A stretch of DNA of 64,000 bases, from positions 2,176,001 through 2,240,000 of the forward strand of contig OZ271854.1 of the NCBI GenBank assembly GCA_965601925.1, read 5' to 3'. Source of the DNA: Alkalispirochaeta sp. (lineage in GTDB: Bacteria; Spirochaetota; Spirochaetia; DSM-27196; Alkalispirochaetaceae). Made by a program: the position numbers and the translations under genes. Shown here in pieces: positions 25,748 through 36,837 of the stretch. Position 1 is the stretch's first letter; each line of letters starts with the position of its first letter. The notes beneath the pieces were generated by a model, which saw nothing but the letters and a program-made list of their open reading frames with translations, was not told where the DNA came from and made no database searches.

Positions 25748-27595
25748 TCACGTGTAGGAAAAGAGTCGCCGGTAGTCGTCGCACCGCGCCATTAACTCGT
25801 CATGGCTACCGATCTCCAGTACGCGGCCGCGCCGGAGTAGTAGCACACGGTCGGCGCGCCGAATTTGGCTCAATCGATGCGTGATGATGAGCGTCGTGCG
25901 ATCCGCGGCGATCCGTTGCATCGCCTGTTGAATCTCGTCCTCGGTGCGACTGTCGATAGCGCTTGTGCTGTCGTCGAGAATCAAAATGCGCGGGTCCGTC
26001 AGAAAGGCGCGGGCGATCGCCAGGCGTTGTTTCTGTCCGCCCGACAGGGTCACACCGCGCTCGCCGATCTCGGTTTCATATCCGTCGCGAAATCCGCGTA
26101 TGAAATCGTCGGCCTGGGCCAGCTTCGCCGCCTCAACGATCTCTTCAGGGGTTGCCGTCGGTCGCCCGAAGGCGATGTTCTCTCGGATCGTCATGGAGTA
26201 CAGGAAGATATCCTGCTCGATCGCCGAGATCTGACTGCGAAGACTCTCAAGGTTCCAATCGCGGACATCGATGCCGTCTACCGATACGGCACCCCGCGTT
26301 ACGTCGAAGATACGATTAATGAGTCGCGTGAGCGTTGTTTTGCCCGCGCCGGTGCGACCGACGATCGCGACGGTCTCCCCGCTTTGAATGCTCAGGGATA
26401 TATCGTCGAGATCGAATCCGTCCGCGGTCCCGTCGAAGGAGAACCCTACATCTTTGAGTTCGATCCCACCGACCATGCGGCCGCTATGACCCGCGGTATT
26501 CTGGTCGAGCGTCGTCTCCTGCGCGATGAGTTCCAGAATACGCGCCGACGATGCAAGGCCCATCTGCACCAGATTGAATGAGAACAGGGAGATGAAGGTC
26601 GCGAATCGAAAGGTGCCGAAGAGTCCCATGAAACCCACCACCTCGCCGAGGGTCAACACCCCGCCCCGCCACAACCAGAGCGAGTGAAAGAGTCCCAGAC
26701 CCCACGAAACGGCGAAGGCCATCATCGGCCAGTAGCGAGCTTGGATCTCTCCCTGACGCACGAAGTAATTACGAAATGACCGCGCATTGGTGAAGAACGT
26801 CTTTGACTCCGAACGTTCCCGCACGTTCCCCTTTACCACCTCGATACCACCGATCGCCTCGGCGAGATGGCTGTTCATGACGCCGAACTGCTCGCGTTGC
26901 GCAATGCTGACCGGCGCCAGGCGGCGGTTGTAGTCCCACACCGTCAGCGCGAGAAGTACCGTGAAGAGTGTTGGAACGATCCAGAGGCGCGGATCGATGA
27001 GGAGAATCATCGCGAAGGGAACGAACAGTGCAAGGGTCGAGTCGATAATCAGCATGATTCCCGGGGAAAACATCATATTCAGGGCCCGTACATCGTTGGT
27101 GGCCCTGGCCATGATATCGCCGACACGTTGGGCCGCATGGAAGCTTTGACTCTTACCGAGAAGGCTCGTGTAGAGCTCCTCGCGGCTGTCGCGCTCGACT
27201 CGTTGGGCCAAGAACTCGGTAGCGATGTTTCTCAAGAGCCCCGTTACCCCTTGAAAGACCGCGGCGAGGGCCACGACCGCGGCGACAACCAACAGATCGT
27301 CCCGTCTCCAGCCCGGCTCCCGAATGACGTCGAATCCGCGGCCGATGTAGAGCGGGATAGTGCCGTATGCCGCATTGTTTATGACCGAGGTTGCGACCAG
27401 CACGGCGGGGAGCCACCAATATCTCATCGTGTGCGAGACGATCCAGCGCAACGGCGAGGATGTGTCGTAGTGCCTCACGTGGTCGAGGTGAAACTCGCGC
27501 GTGGTCGATCCGCCCTCCACGGAACTTGTATGAGTGGGCGCGCCGTGTTTCCGGGCGTGCGGCGGTTGCCGAGCCTCGACACCTTTGTCGGCCAT
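25748..27595 (-). CDS. ABC exporter, fused permease/ATPase
   Basis: TM domain; GRTGAGKT, LSGGQKQR, ILDD. Confidence 0.95.
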   Translation of the reverse strand: MADKGVEARQPPHARKHGAPTHTSSVEGGSTTREFHLDHVRHYDTSSPLRWIVSHTMRYWWLPAVLVATSVINNAAYGTIPLYIGRGFDVIREPGWRRDDLLVVAAVVALAAVFQGVTGLLRNIATEFLAQRVERDSREELYTSLLGKSQSFHAAQRVGDIMARATNDVRALNMMFSPGIMLIIDSTLALFVPFAMILLIDPRLWIVPTLFTVLLALTVWDYNRRLAPVSIAQREQFGVMNSHLAEAIGGIEVVKGNVRERSESKTFFTNARSFRNYFVRQGEIQARYWPMMAFAVSWGLGLFHSLWLWRGGVLTLGEVVGFMGLFGTFRFATFISLFSFNLVQMGLASSARILELIAQETTLDQNTAGHSGRMVGGIELKDVGFSFDGTADGFDLDDISLSIQSGETVAIVGRTGAGKTTLTRLINRIFDVTRGAVSVDGIDVRDWNLESLRSQISAIEQDIFLYSMTIRENIAFGRPTATPEEIVEAAKLAQADDFIRGFRDGYETEIGERGVTLSGGQKQRLAIARAFLTDPRILILDDSTSAIDSRTEDEIQQAMQRIAADRTTLIITHRLSQIRRADRVLLLRRGRVLEIGSHDELMARCDDYRRLFSYT

Positions 27596-27714
27596 CAGTC
27601 GTCGTCCTCCTTCCGGTGAAGCTACAAGCTACTCGCTGGAGGAGAGTGCGGCAAGTGAATTGCGAATAGCGCGATGAGCCTCCGGCCCCACGGGCCGGAG
27701 GGGAGGGCGGCGAG

Positions 27715-28740
27715 CTAAAACTCTCCGGGATCGGAGGTGTTCGTACCGATAACAGCCTGAGGCGGTGAGGAGATATAGAGATAGAAATCATCCTCTACGC
27801 CGAAGGTGATCGTCCCGTAGTCGAATCCCGCCTTGACGGCCGAGAAGTTATACACGCCGTTGGGAGCGTTGAAGAGCGCTACGCCGCCGTCGACCGAGGA
27901 TCCGATCTGCGTCGGATCGGGTACAACCTGCTCGTTGAAATAGAGCGTGATGAGGGGAGAGTTGGGAAGCAACACCTCACCGGTATCGGCGTTAATGAGG
28001 AACGCACCGGGGTCTCCGTGGGGGAGTCGATCGTCGGTCATGGAAGCCCACGACTTGCCGATCGTCGTAACCAAGATGGTGTCGATCGTATAGTTCGGGT
28101 CGCCGGTAGCGGCACGAATCGCCTGCTCCACATCGAAGGCGGCGGCGGTAAGGTACAACTCGTCGGGAAGCTGGATAGCGCGATCGGTGATGTCCTCGTT
28201 CTCCACGATGAACGTCTCGGACTTGACCGTCACGTCCCGATACTGAATCGGGATACCGGAGATTGCGTTGAAGCGATCCTCGGTCGCCGCGTCGAAGAAA
28301 TCCTTGTTATACACAATCGACAGATCGAGGGGACGATCCGCCCGCTTGAGGATCTTTACCTCCCACTCGCCCTGAGCGTCGGATCGAACATTGAGGAAGC
28401 GCGTGAACGGATACTCGGCAAACCAAATGTGGGTATCCGGTTCGCCGGCGCCGTGTTCCTTGAACTCGCCGGTAAAGACGTCTACTCCGAACTCGAAGAC
28501 CTTTCCTCTGAGCGTCACCAATGTGAGACGGGGGAAAAGAATACCGCTCGCGTCTACGCCGGAAGAGGATTGCTCTATCTGCCGGAGCGCCTCTTCCTCG
28601 GAGATTGCAATTCCCTGCGTTAGATCCATTACCATATCGTCCTCCGTTACCGCGTCGTCCGAGCCGAGCGATAGGCTACACGCCGAAAAGAAAGCGACCA
28701 GTACACCCGCCAATAATAATCGATATAATATTTTGTTCAT
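27715..28740 (-). CDS. Hypothetical lipoprotein
   Basis: Signal peptide with FSAC lipobox. Confidence 0.75.
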   Translation of the reverse strand: MNKILYRLLLAGVLVAFFSACSLSLGSDDAVTEDDMVMDLTQGIAISEEEALRQIEQSSSGVDASGILFPRLTLVTLRGKVFEFGVDVFTGEFKEHGAGEPDTHIWFAEYPFTRFLNVRSDAQGEWEVKILKRADRPLDLSIVYNKDFFDAATEDRFNAISGIPIQYRDVTVKSETFIVENEDITDRAIQLPDELYLTAAAFDVEQAIRAATGDPNYTIDTILVTTIGKSWASMTDDRLPHGDPGAFLINADTGEVLLPNSPLITLYFNEQVVPDPTQIGSSVDGGVALFNAPNGVYNFSAVKAGFDYGTITFGVEDDFYLYISSPPQAVIGTNTSDPGEF

Positions 28741-29067
28741 CTTGTGCCTCTTTTGCCATTATTGGACATTAGGTGACGTTGCACAACCTATTTCTCGAGT
28801 GAAAGGGTAGCGGAAGGCCGACGAGTTTCGACCGTCGGTTCACGATTGGGCCCGGACGCGTGTGCGGAACACCTCGTATCCGATCGGTATGACGATCCCG
28901 GACGCCGCACATCAGTGCTTCACACGATCGTCTATGAAGTCATGCGCCACGTGCGGCCGCCGCGGTGGTGTCGCTTCGTATCCGGAGTTTTCGTAAGCCG
29001 TTATTGTGGGTATTGCCCCACAGGATCACAATATGGAACCTGTGGGGCGGTGTCGCATCGCGCGCTG

Positions 29068-29694
29068 TTACGCCGATGCGCGCTCGCCGACCTCGCCTAT
29101 CCTCTCGCCGTTGAGGTAGAGCTCGGTCACCGACGGAGTCTCCCGGGCGACGGTCTGAAGCGCCATGCACGCCTGCTGTACCCAGGCGACGAACTCCTCG
29201 AGTTTCTCCGGCGCCTCGGGACTCTCGATCACAAGGTGCATCTCGTTTTTTTCTCCGGAGCCGAAGATATCTTTCGGGTGCATGGCGCCCAAGGTCCACG
29301 TGGTGGAGTACGAGGTCTTCTGCTCCAGTATCACTCTATCGAGCCGAATATCGAGCTGCTTAGAGACGATCTCAACGTGTGACATGAGGCAGAATCCGAT
29401 GCCGACGGTAAGATACATGAGCGGCGAGGGGGCGAGGCCGTTACCCCCGATGGCCGTGCCTTCATCGGAAACGAACTCCCAGGTGCCGCCGTTGGGCACA
29501 TTCGAGAAGAGCGTTGCACGTTTGAGATAGTCGGCTTCCGGGACGAGCTCCACGTTGACATGGGCATCGAACTGAAGGCGCTCGCCCTCTCGTACCTTCT
29601 TGAAAAACGGCGCCTCGAAGGTCTTTTGCGAACCGTCTCGATCAACGCGTCTTACGATGGCGCGTTCGGACATATCAAACTTCGGTAGACCCAT
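29068..29694 (-). CDS. OsmC-like protein
   Basis: SDEG...GG...APSP...GFC...C pattern. Confidence 0.8.
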   Translation of the reverse strand: MGLPKFDMSERAIVRRVDRDGSQKTFEAPFFKKVREGERLQFDAHVNVELVPEADYLKRATLFSNVPNGGTWEFVSDEGTAIGGNGLAPSPLMYLTVGIGFCLMSHVEIVSKQLDIRLDRVILEQKTSYSTTWTLGAMHPKDIFGSGEKNEMHLVIESPEAPEKLEEFVAWVQQACMALQTVARETPSVTELYLNGERIGEVGERASA

Positions 29695-29829
29695 AGGTTA
29701 CTCCTTACGTTCCGTAGATTGCGGTGTTTTTATACTGACCGCTCACTACAATTATAACTCTGAAAAAAAATACGTCAACCGTTTCGAGACAATTGTTGAG
29801 AAAAAAAGTCAACGTCTTGCGAAGACCTT

Positions 29830-30405
29830 TCAAAGGCGGGGTGCGACGATATCTTCGATGATCCGGTGGACGAACTCGCGGTCGGTCCGCGCATCGGTGA
29901 GTAAGCTGTGCATCACCAAACCACTGAATAGAAGCTCGGCCGTTGCGGCGTGCCGCGGATGATCCTCGGCGTCGGCTTCGTATGCGCGCGCGATGAAGGT
30001 CGCGAGGAGTTGTTGGGCCCTATCGGCGAGTCGTGCCAGTCCGTCCGCACCCTCCGACTCGCTCAACCACGCGTGAAATGCGACGCGGACAACCTCAATC
30101 CGAGAACGGAGCTCACCGAGGATCGTAAGGGAGAGATCGACCATCGCGGCGGTCGGCTCGGCGGTCGGGATCGATTGCGCCATATCGGCGAAGTGTCCTT
30201 CGAGACTTCGCTCGGCGAGAATCGCGTCCAGTATTTCTCGCTTGGTCTTGAAGTGGTAAAAGAGCAGCCCTGCGGCGACGCCGGCTCGCGAGGCGATCTC
30301 TTTGGTAGTGGTGGCGGCGAAGCCTTTGTGAGAGAATAGATGCAGTGCGGCGTTGAGTATTTTCTCCCGTCCGGCGGCGCCGGACGGCGCTGTCGGTGCC
30401 GTCAT
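29830..30405 (-). CDS. TetR-family regulator
   Basis: ILNAALHLFSHKGFAATTTKEIA...LFYHFKTK. Confidence 0.93.
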   Translation of the reverse strand: MTAPTAPSGAAGREKILNAALHLFSHKGFAATTTKEIASRAGVAAGLLFYHFKTKREILDAILAERSLEGHFADMAQSIPTAEPTAAMVDLSLTILGELRSRIEVVRVAFHAWLSESEGADGLARLADRAQQLLATFIARAYEADAEDHPRHAATAELLFSGLVMHSLLTDARTDREFVHRIIEDIVAPRL

Positions 30406-30515
30406 GGAAGATCTCTATTTGTACCCGACTCCGGCGAGTGAGACAAGGCGCCCGGATAGTCTGTCCCGGGAACCACTTTTCGCGCAAAGACGGCTCGCCG
30501 GGTCGAGTGGCACGC

Positions 30516-30932
30516 TTACACCGTAACGGCTTGCCGCCAGGATTTCACGTAGGGTGTGTATTGCTTATCCTGTTGTACGATGTGGTCGGCCACCCAGCGT
30601 TGCAGGAAGTCGAGCGTTTCCACACTGAGAAGCATCGCACCGGACTCGAACCGACGTTGCAGTGCACTCACCTCGTCCAAGAGTCTCTTGTGGGCCGCGC
30701 GGTGGGCGGCGAGATCGGGGAACTTACACATCGCACAGATGTGCTCTTCGTGCTTGAAATGCTCTGTGGTATAGTCGCCGACCTTCTTGAGGATCTCACC
30801 TAACACGGCGTTCCCCTTCCCGGAACGCATGGCGTGGTATAACTCATTGAGAAGGTCTACGAGTTTTTTGTGCTCGGCATCGAGCTCGTCATCTTCGACC
30901 GAGAGCTCGTCGGTCCAATCGAGTAGTTGCAT
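30516..30932 (-). CDS. Bacteriohemerythrin
   Basis: W...LSV...DAEHKKL, HFKHEE, HRAAH, WVADHI..QD. Confidence 0.93.
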   Translation of the reverse strand: MQLLDWTDELSVEDDELDAEHKKLVDLLNELYHAMRSGKGNAVLGEILKKVGDYTTEHFKHEEHICAMCKFPDLAAHRAAHKRLLDEVSALQRRFESGAMLLSVETLDFLQRWVADHIVQQDKQYTPYVKSWRQAVTV

Positions 30933-31085
30933 CTCGCCTCTCCTTGCCGGTCTCTTTTGGTGTGCCCGTATCGTCGCCCGTCGCCGGCGCAACGCCTGCA
31001 GCGTGCCGAATCGCGCCTCGCATGGGGCATGCTCCGTCGAACGGCGCGACGCGCGTATCGATCAAATGGACAAAATGAACCGGTG

Positions 31086-31933
31086 ATGCGGAATGATAGG
31101 AAAAACTCTCTCGCTGCGCAAGTCTACGGCAATAGGCGGTGGTACACGTCGGAATCCAGCGGACACTATCGTGCCGCGACACCGCCGACGGTCGCATGGC
31201 CGGCGATCCACATAAATGATGCGTTGACCGACCCCGCGCTCATGGTGCTGCACCAGTTCGGCCTCGTGTCTCGCGAGCTGGAACGCGGAAGCGAGCGCCT
31301 GCTTAACGTTCGGTGCAACTACGGCGTCTCGATCATGACGAGTCAACTCGGGTGTGAAGTCGTGCCCATGGCGCGAGAACACAACTCGTTGCCGACGACG
31401 CGACCGCTGACCGGCGGGCGGGATGGGATTCGAGCCGCGCTCGAGGAGGGGGGCACCGCCCTTTTCCGCCGGACAAGGGGGGCGACGTCTTTCGTACCGG
31501 AGAACTCTTTCTCGAAACGTTGGAGCGGTATCCGGTGCTCAAGCGCTGGGTTCGCCTCTACCATCCCGATACCCAGGGCCCGATGGATAACGCTGAGCTC
31601 GCGTGGGGCAGCGATATCTTTCTCGCCTTTTACGATACGCCCGATCTCCTGGCGGCGTTTCTGGACCTGATGGCCGACCACTTTATCCATTTTCTGAACG
31701 GTTGGTTCGCCTTAGCGAAGCCGGAGGAGCGCTTCAACACGCACTGGGGCATGATGTTTCGCGGTGCGGTGATGCTTCGTGACGACTCGCTGATGAACCT
31801 CTCTCCGGAGATCTACGAAACCTTCGTTCGCGATCGCGAACAACGGTGCCTTCGCGAGCTCGGCGGCGAAGGGTGCCGGGCGCGATCTCCTGGGGCGTGT
31901 CCACTGTTTTTCGGAAGAGCCGACCGCTCATAG
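31086..31933 (+). pseudogene. Frameshifted uroporphyrinogen-decarboxylase-like/methyltransferase-fold protein
   Basis: Two frames (…NYGVSIMTSQLGC… then PDTQGPMDNA…DDSLMNLSPEIY); truncated. Confidence 0.5.
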
Positions 31934-32004
31934 TGCGGCGGACCACTCGTAAGCCGCGGATCGGCGACACAGCCGCCCGCCTCAACTCGTGTTACACTAC
32001 GCGC

Positions 32005-34389
32005 ATGTTCGGGCGCAGGATGCCGGGCGCGGAGACGAAGCCGGCCGGAGGTGTGTCAGGCGGCGGGTTGGGATCTCTCCTCTCTACCGCTCGCGGGCTG
32101 CGAAACGGTCCTATGGCGCGACACCTCATTCTGCTTCTTACCGTCGGTGTCGTCGCCGTCTCAGTGCCGATCCTCGTTCTGTACTGGCGCTCCGAGCGCG
32201 CCGTACGGGAGAGTATTCACCTTCGATCCGTGGAGTCGCTCGCCCAGGTGCGACACTTCTTTCGCTCCCAGCACACCGATACCATCTCTCTCCTACTTTC
32301 CCTCTCACGGGATCGCACGGTGGAACGACTGATGTACTCCGACGATCCGCCGCTCCTGGACGTCTATTTTGCCTTGGAACGACTGGACGACGCCGTCGCC
32401 GTGTCCGAGGTGATTAACGCCCTCGTCGTCGTCAACGTCGAGGCGGAGATACAGTACTCCACCGTAGACGGACCGGGGACGGGGAGTGAGTTTCTCGATG
32501 CCATTCAATCCGGCGCGCTCTTTGCCGGCGGCGACGGGGTGTGGCCGTTCTATCAGTACCTGCCGGTTACCTACCGCGACGCCGACCATCTTGCCGTTAT
32601 CGCCCCGGGCGGGGCGTTGCGTTCCCACGGCGAACGAGGGCTGATCGTCGTGCTCATCGCCGCCGCTCAGTTGCGCGAGCTCATGACTGCCGGCAATCCG
32701 ACTCTCGAGGACGGGCTTGTCGTCGTGAACCGGAATGGAGTGGTGCTCTCTCATCGCGACGGAAGTACGATGGGATCACCGTTCGCGCCCTCCCTATGGA
32801 TAGAGGAGATCCTCGGCGACGAGACCGGAGAGACGAGCTTCCTGGCCGAGACAGCGGACGGACGCGTGCTCGTCTCGGCGGTGCGCGAGCCGACGGCGGA
32901 CTGGATGTTCTTCAACGTGCTCTACGAGGGGCGAGCCTTCGAGCGGCTGTCTGCGTTGCGCAATTTCGTGTTGACGCTCATCGCGATCGCTGTGGCGTCT
33001 CTCGTGTTCGTCCTCCTGTTTACCTCCCTACGTCTGTATGCGCCCGTTCGGCGCGCCGTCGCCTTTGCCGAGGAGGTCCGGAGCCAGCTCGCGGCGACCG
33101 ACGAACGGGCGACTCAGATAGGAGAAGGCGTTCAAACCGAGCTTCTCTTCGACCGCACCGTGGAACGGCTCCACCGGTTGAACCGCCAACTGGCTCTCCA
33201 CAAACATCACCATATCGAGGAGGTTCTCCGGGGAGTGCTCGAGGGGCGGTTGCACTATGACGCGTTTGCCGACGTCTCCGAGGAACTGAGCTTGGTGCGT
33301 GGTTCGCCGCTGATGGTGGTGACGGCCGTGCGCATCGACAACATGAACGGCGCGCTGCGCGATCAACCCGCCTTGTCGCCGGCGCTTCTGCGCGACGAGT
33401 TGGTGGCCGCCGCCTGCGAGGAGTTGGGCGCCCGGGTCCATGTGATCGACATGGGCGGCGATCGAATAGCGGCCATTGTAGAGCTTGTGCGATGGGACGG
33501 ACCCACCATTCGAGACCACGTGACCGCACGGTTCGCACCGCTGCGCGAGCGGTTCGCACGTCGCAGGGGACTCACGGTAACCATCGGCGTCGCCGACCCC
33601 ATTATGGATTTCGCCTCCCTGCCGATCGCCTACACCGAGGCGCGGATCGCGACGGACTACCGTTTCGCCTTCGGGAGCGGGCGGACGCTCTTCTATTCCG
33701 AGTTGGAGGAGCGAAGCCTGGCACCGTATCACTTTCCTCAGGAAGAGGCGGAGGCGGCGGTGGAATCGTTGAGGCGCGGCGATGCAGGTGCCGCATTGTC
33801 ACGTGTTCAAGCTATCCTGGAGCGGACGCAGAGCAACTCCTACGAGAACTACGCGTTTTCCGTACAGTTGTTGATCCATCTCCTGTTTCGATGCTTCCGC
33901 GATTCCGGACTGTTCCTGCAATCCGAGCTCTCATTTTTTCGCCGTTTGCGGGAGGATCTGGCGTGGGCCGAGACGGTCGACGAGGTGGCAAACGAGTTGG
34001 AGCGTTGGTTTCAACGGTACGTGCGACGCGGCAAGCCCGATCACGCGCGCCGACGTACCGATCTCGTCGAACGTTCACTTGCGCTCATCGCCGACTCCTT
34101 TACCGATCCCAATCTCAGTTCCGATTCCGTAGCGGCGACCCTGGAGGTCTCCACGAACCACGTTCGGCAGGTGGTGAAGTCTCTTACCGGATTCTCGATC
34201 GCTGAGCATATCAACAAGCACCGCCTCGACTATTGCAGGGAACACCTTCTCGACGGCGATCGAACCGTCAAAGAGATCGCGAGCGACGCGGGATTCGTCA
34301 GTTACAACAGCTTTTTCTCCACCTTTCGAAGGTATTACGGGATGACACCCGGTACCTTTCGCCGGACCCACGGTACGCAGCGCCGGTGA
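32005..34389 (+). CDS. Membrane-anchored AraC-family regulator with Cache-like sensor
   Basis: Two TM segments, C-terminal HTH (KEIASDAGF.SYNSF...FRRYYGMTPG); start uncertain. Confidence 0.88.
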   Translation: MFGRRMPGAETKPAGGVSGGGLGSLLSTARGLRNGPMARHLILLLTVGVVAVSVPILVLYWRSERAVRESIHLRSVESLAQVRHFFRSQHTDTISLLLSLSRDRTVERLMYSDDPPLLDVYFALERLDDAVAVSEVINALVVVNVEAEIQYSTVDGPGTGSEFLDAIQSGALFAGGDGVWPFYQYLPVTYRDADHLAVIAPGGALRSHGERGLIVVLIAAAQLRELMTAGNPTLEDGLVVVNRNGVVLSHRDGSTMGSPFAPSLWIEEILGDETGETSFLAETADGRVLVSAVREPTADWMFFNVLYEGRAFERLSALRNFVLTLIAIAVASLVFVLLFTSLRLYAPVRRAVAFAEEVRSQLAATDERATQIGEGVQTELLFDRTVERLHRLNRQLALHKHHHIEEVLRGVLEGRLHYDAFADVSEELSLVRGSPLMVVTAVRIDNMNGALRDQPALSPALLRDELVAAACEELGARVHVIDMGGDRIAAIVELVRWDGPTIRDHVTARFAPLRERFARRRGLTVTIGVADPIMDFASLPIAYTEARIATDYRFAFGSGRTLFYSELEERSLAPYHFPQEEAEAAVESLRRGDAGAALSRVQAILERTQSNSYENYAFSVQLLIHLLFRCFRDSGLFLQSELSFFRRLREDLAWAETVDEVANELERWFQRYVRRGKPDHARRRTDLVERSLALIADSFTDPNLSSDSVAATLEVSTNHVRQVVKSLTGFSIAEHINKHRLDYCREHLLDGDRTVKEIASDAGFVSYNSFFSTFRRYYGMTPGTFRRTHGTQRR

Positions 34390-34538
34390 GCCGCGCGTTT
34401 CTATCGCCGTTTCCGTGAGTGCGAAGAGAAAAAACGAGCCGATATCCGCGCTTTCCCGAGTCCTCGAAGAATATCTGAGTGGCGTCTCGACTCGGTGGGT
34501 GGTTCCATGGATGCAAGACGTTCACAAGGAGGAAACGC

Positions 34539-35843
34539 ATGACGTTACGACGGTGTATCACGATTCTAACGCTTTTCACGGTGGCGGCAGGCTTACTGGC
34601 GGCGGGAGGGCAAGACGAGGCGGCCTCCACCGAAGATGGGCCCGTTACCATCACGTATTATCTCTGGGACGATCCCACGTACCTGAGTATCGTCGAGGCC
34701 TACAACGCGAGTCAGGACGAGATCTTCGTGCAGGCCGAGATAATCCCCGCCGACGACTACACGACCAAGATGGCGACGCTTTTGGCCGCCGGAGGCGACG
34801 TCGACGCGTATATGCTGAAACAAATTAACAATCTCTTCCCTCAGGTCGCCAACGGATTCGTGGAACCGTTGGATGACTACGCTGCGCGCTTCGGTTACGA
34901 CTTCGGCACGATCGCATCGTATGTGGATCAGGTAAGCGTCGACGGAGTGGTCCACGCAATCCCCTTTCGCGGCGCATCGTACTTCACCTACTTCAATCGC
35001 GCCATCTTCGAGGAGGAGGGGATTCCCACTCCCGACGTCTACGTCGAGAACGGTGACTGGACGTGGGAGCGCTTTGCCGAGATCGCCGAGCGACTCTCCG
35101 ATCCCGACCGCAACCGCTACGGCGGACTGATTTACACATGGGGTCATCAACTCGTCATCCCAGCCTGGCAGTCCGGAATCGATTTCATTACTCCCGACGG
35201 CACGGTCGATGTCAACGAGTCGGTGCCGTACAGCTTCGCGATGCGTCGTCGTTTGGAGGAGTCCGGGGCGATATGGCCGCTCATCGAGTTGAAGGTGACG
35301 CGTACCCACTACAGCCGGGCGTTCTTCTCCGGTGAGGCCGCGATGCTTACAATCGGTGAATGGTTTCCCGGCATGATGCTTTCGGCGCGAGACGACGGCA
35401 TGTTGGAGGGATTCACATGGGACGATTGGGGAATCACACGTCTACCGCAGTACGGAGACAGCTACCGTACCTACGGAACCGCGACGACCAACGTGATCCA
35501 TTCCCGCGCGAGCCAGGAGCGTAAGGACGCGGCGTTTCAGTTCATCGCTTGGATGGGCGGACCGGAGGGAGCCCGGGTCGTCGCCGAAGCGGGCTTTTTA
35601 CCGCCGGTCATCGACGACGATGTGCGGGAGATCCTCGCACGTAACTTGCCCGACGAATCGTCGCTGGCATACTTCACCGAGAGCGTTCCGATCCACGCGA
35701 CCTTTGCCAACCAGTACGGCTCGGAGGTGCGGAGCCTCATCGAAGAGAGCTTTGAGGTCTATCTTACCTCGGAGGTGAGCGCTGAGGAGATTACCGCCGA
35801 TCTTGTCCGGGAACTTCGAGAGATCGCCGACGCGCGCAACTGA
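34539..35843 (+). CDS. Sugar ABC transporter substrate-binding protein
   Basis: AAGGAGG RBS, signal peptide, WTWERF, upstream of permeases. Confidence 0.92.
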   Translation: MTLRRCITILTLFTVAAGLLAAGGQDEAASTEDGPVTITYYLWDDPTYLSIVEAYNASQDEIFVQAEIIPADDYTTKMATLLAAGGDVDAYMLKQINNLFPQVANGFVEPLDDYAARFGYDFGTIASYVDQVSVDGVVHAIPFRGASYFTYFNRAIFEEEGIPTPDVYVENGDWTWERFAEIAERLSDPDRNRYGGLIYTWGHQLVIPAWQSGIDFITPDGTVDVNESVPYSFAMRRRLEESGAIWPLIELKVTRTHYSRAFFSGEAAMLTIGEWFPGMMLSARDDGMLEGFTWDDWGITRLPQYGDSYRTYGTATTNVIHSRASQERKDAAFQFIAWMGGPEGARVVAEAGFLPPVIDDDVREILARNLPDESSLAYFTESVPIHATFANQYGSEVRSLIEESFEVYLTSEVSAEEITADLVRELREIADARN

Positions 35844-35931
35844 TAGCGCGCGCGGTATCTATTCCGCATCGGCGCGCGGCCCCTTGTGTGCCGCCGGCCG
35901 ATGCGGGCCTGTGTGAGGGAGAGATACGACT

Positions 35932-36837
35932 ATGAGCCGACGACGAGCTCGTCTAACCCAATCGAGGTGGGATGTACCGATTTTTTTGTTTCCCAGCTTG
36001 ATCGGATTTTCCATTTTCATATTGGTACCGATCATCGCCTCGGTAGGACTTTCGTTTACCAATTATACCGGGGGACCGCGATTTCGTTTCATCGCCTTCG
36101 AGAACTACATCGATGCCCTCACCGACGATCGTTTTTGGAGCTCTCTCGGGATCACGGTGCGTTTCGTCGTGGGCGTCGTGACGTTGCAAGTCGGACTCGG
36201 CCTCACCTTTGCCCTCTTACTCAACCAACAGCTCCGCCTACGGACGTTTTTTCGCGGTGTAATCTTTGTTCCGACGATCCTCTCCTCAGTCGCGATCGGC
36301 CTCTCTTTTGCGCTCTTTCTCAACCCGCGACGCGGTCCGGTGAACGGGTTTCTGGAGTCGTTGGGCCTCGCCGCGCAGCCCTGGCTTGCGAGTCCCGACA
36401 CCGCGCTTGCGACCGTCGTGATGGTCACCGTATGGCAGTTTGTCGGGTACTACATGGTACTCTATCTCGGCGGGCTCTCGACGATCAGCCCGAGCCTCTA
36501 CGAGTCGGCGGAGATCGACGGCGCCAACACGATGCAAAAGCTCGTGCGCATCACCATCCCGATGCTGTCGCCTACTACCTTCTTCTGCGTAACGATCTCG
36601 ATTATCCGGGCGTTTAAGGTTTTCGACCAGATATTCGTCATGACCGGAGGACAGGAGGGCGGAGGACCCGCAGGCTCCACGATGGTGCTCGGATTTCGTA
36701 TCTACCGTAACGCATTCGTCAACTTTCGCATGGGATACGCCTCCGCGGAGGCGGTGTTACTCCTTGCGATCGTCCTGGTCGTGACGATTCTTCAATATCG
36801 CGGACAGAGGAAGTGGGTGAATTATGATCTCTCTTAG
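35932..36837 (+). CDS. Sugar ABC permease
   Basis: LYESAEIDGA EAA motif. Confidence 0.95.
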   Translation: MSRRRARLTQSRWDVPIFLFPSLIGFSIFILVPIIASVGLSFTNYTGGPRFRFIAFENYIDALTDDRFWSSLGITVRFVVGVVTLQVGLGLTFALLLNQQLRLRTFFRGVIFVPTILSSVAIGLSFALFLNPRRGPVNGFLESLGLAAQPWLASPDTALATVVMVTVWQFVGYYMVLYLGGLSTISPSLYESAEIDGANTMQKLVRITIPMLSPTTFFCVTISIIRAFKVFDQIFVMTGGQEGGGPAGSTMVLGFRIYRNAFVNFRMGYASAEAVLLLAIVLVVTILQYRGQRKWVNYDLS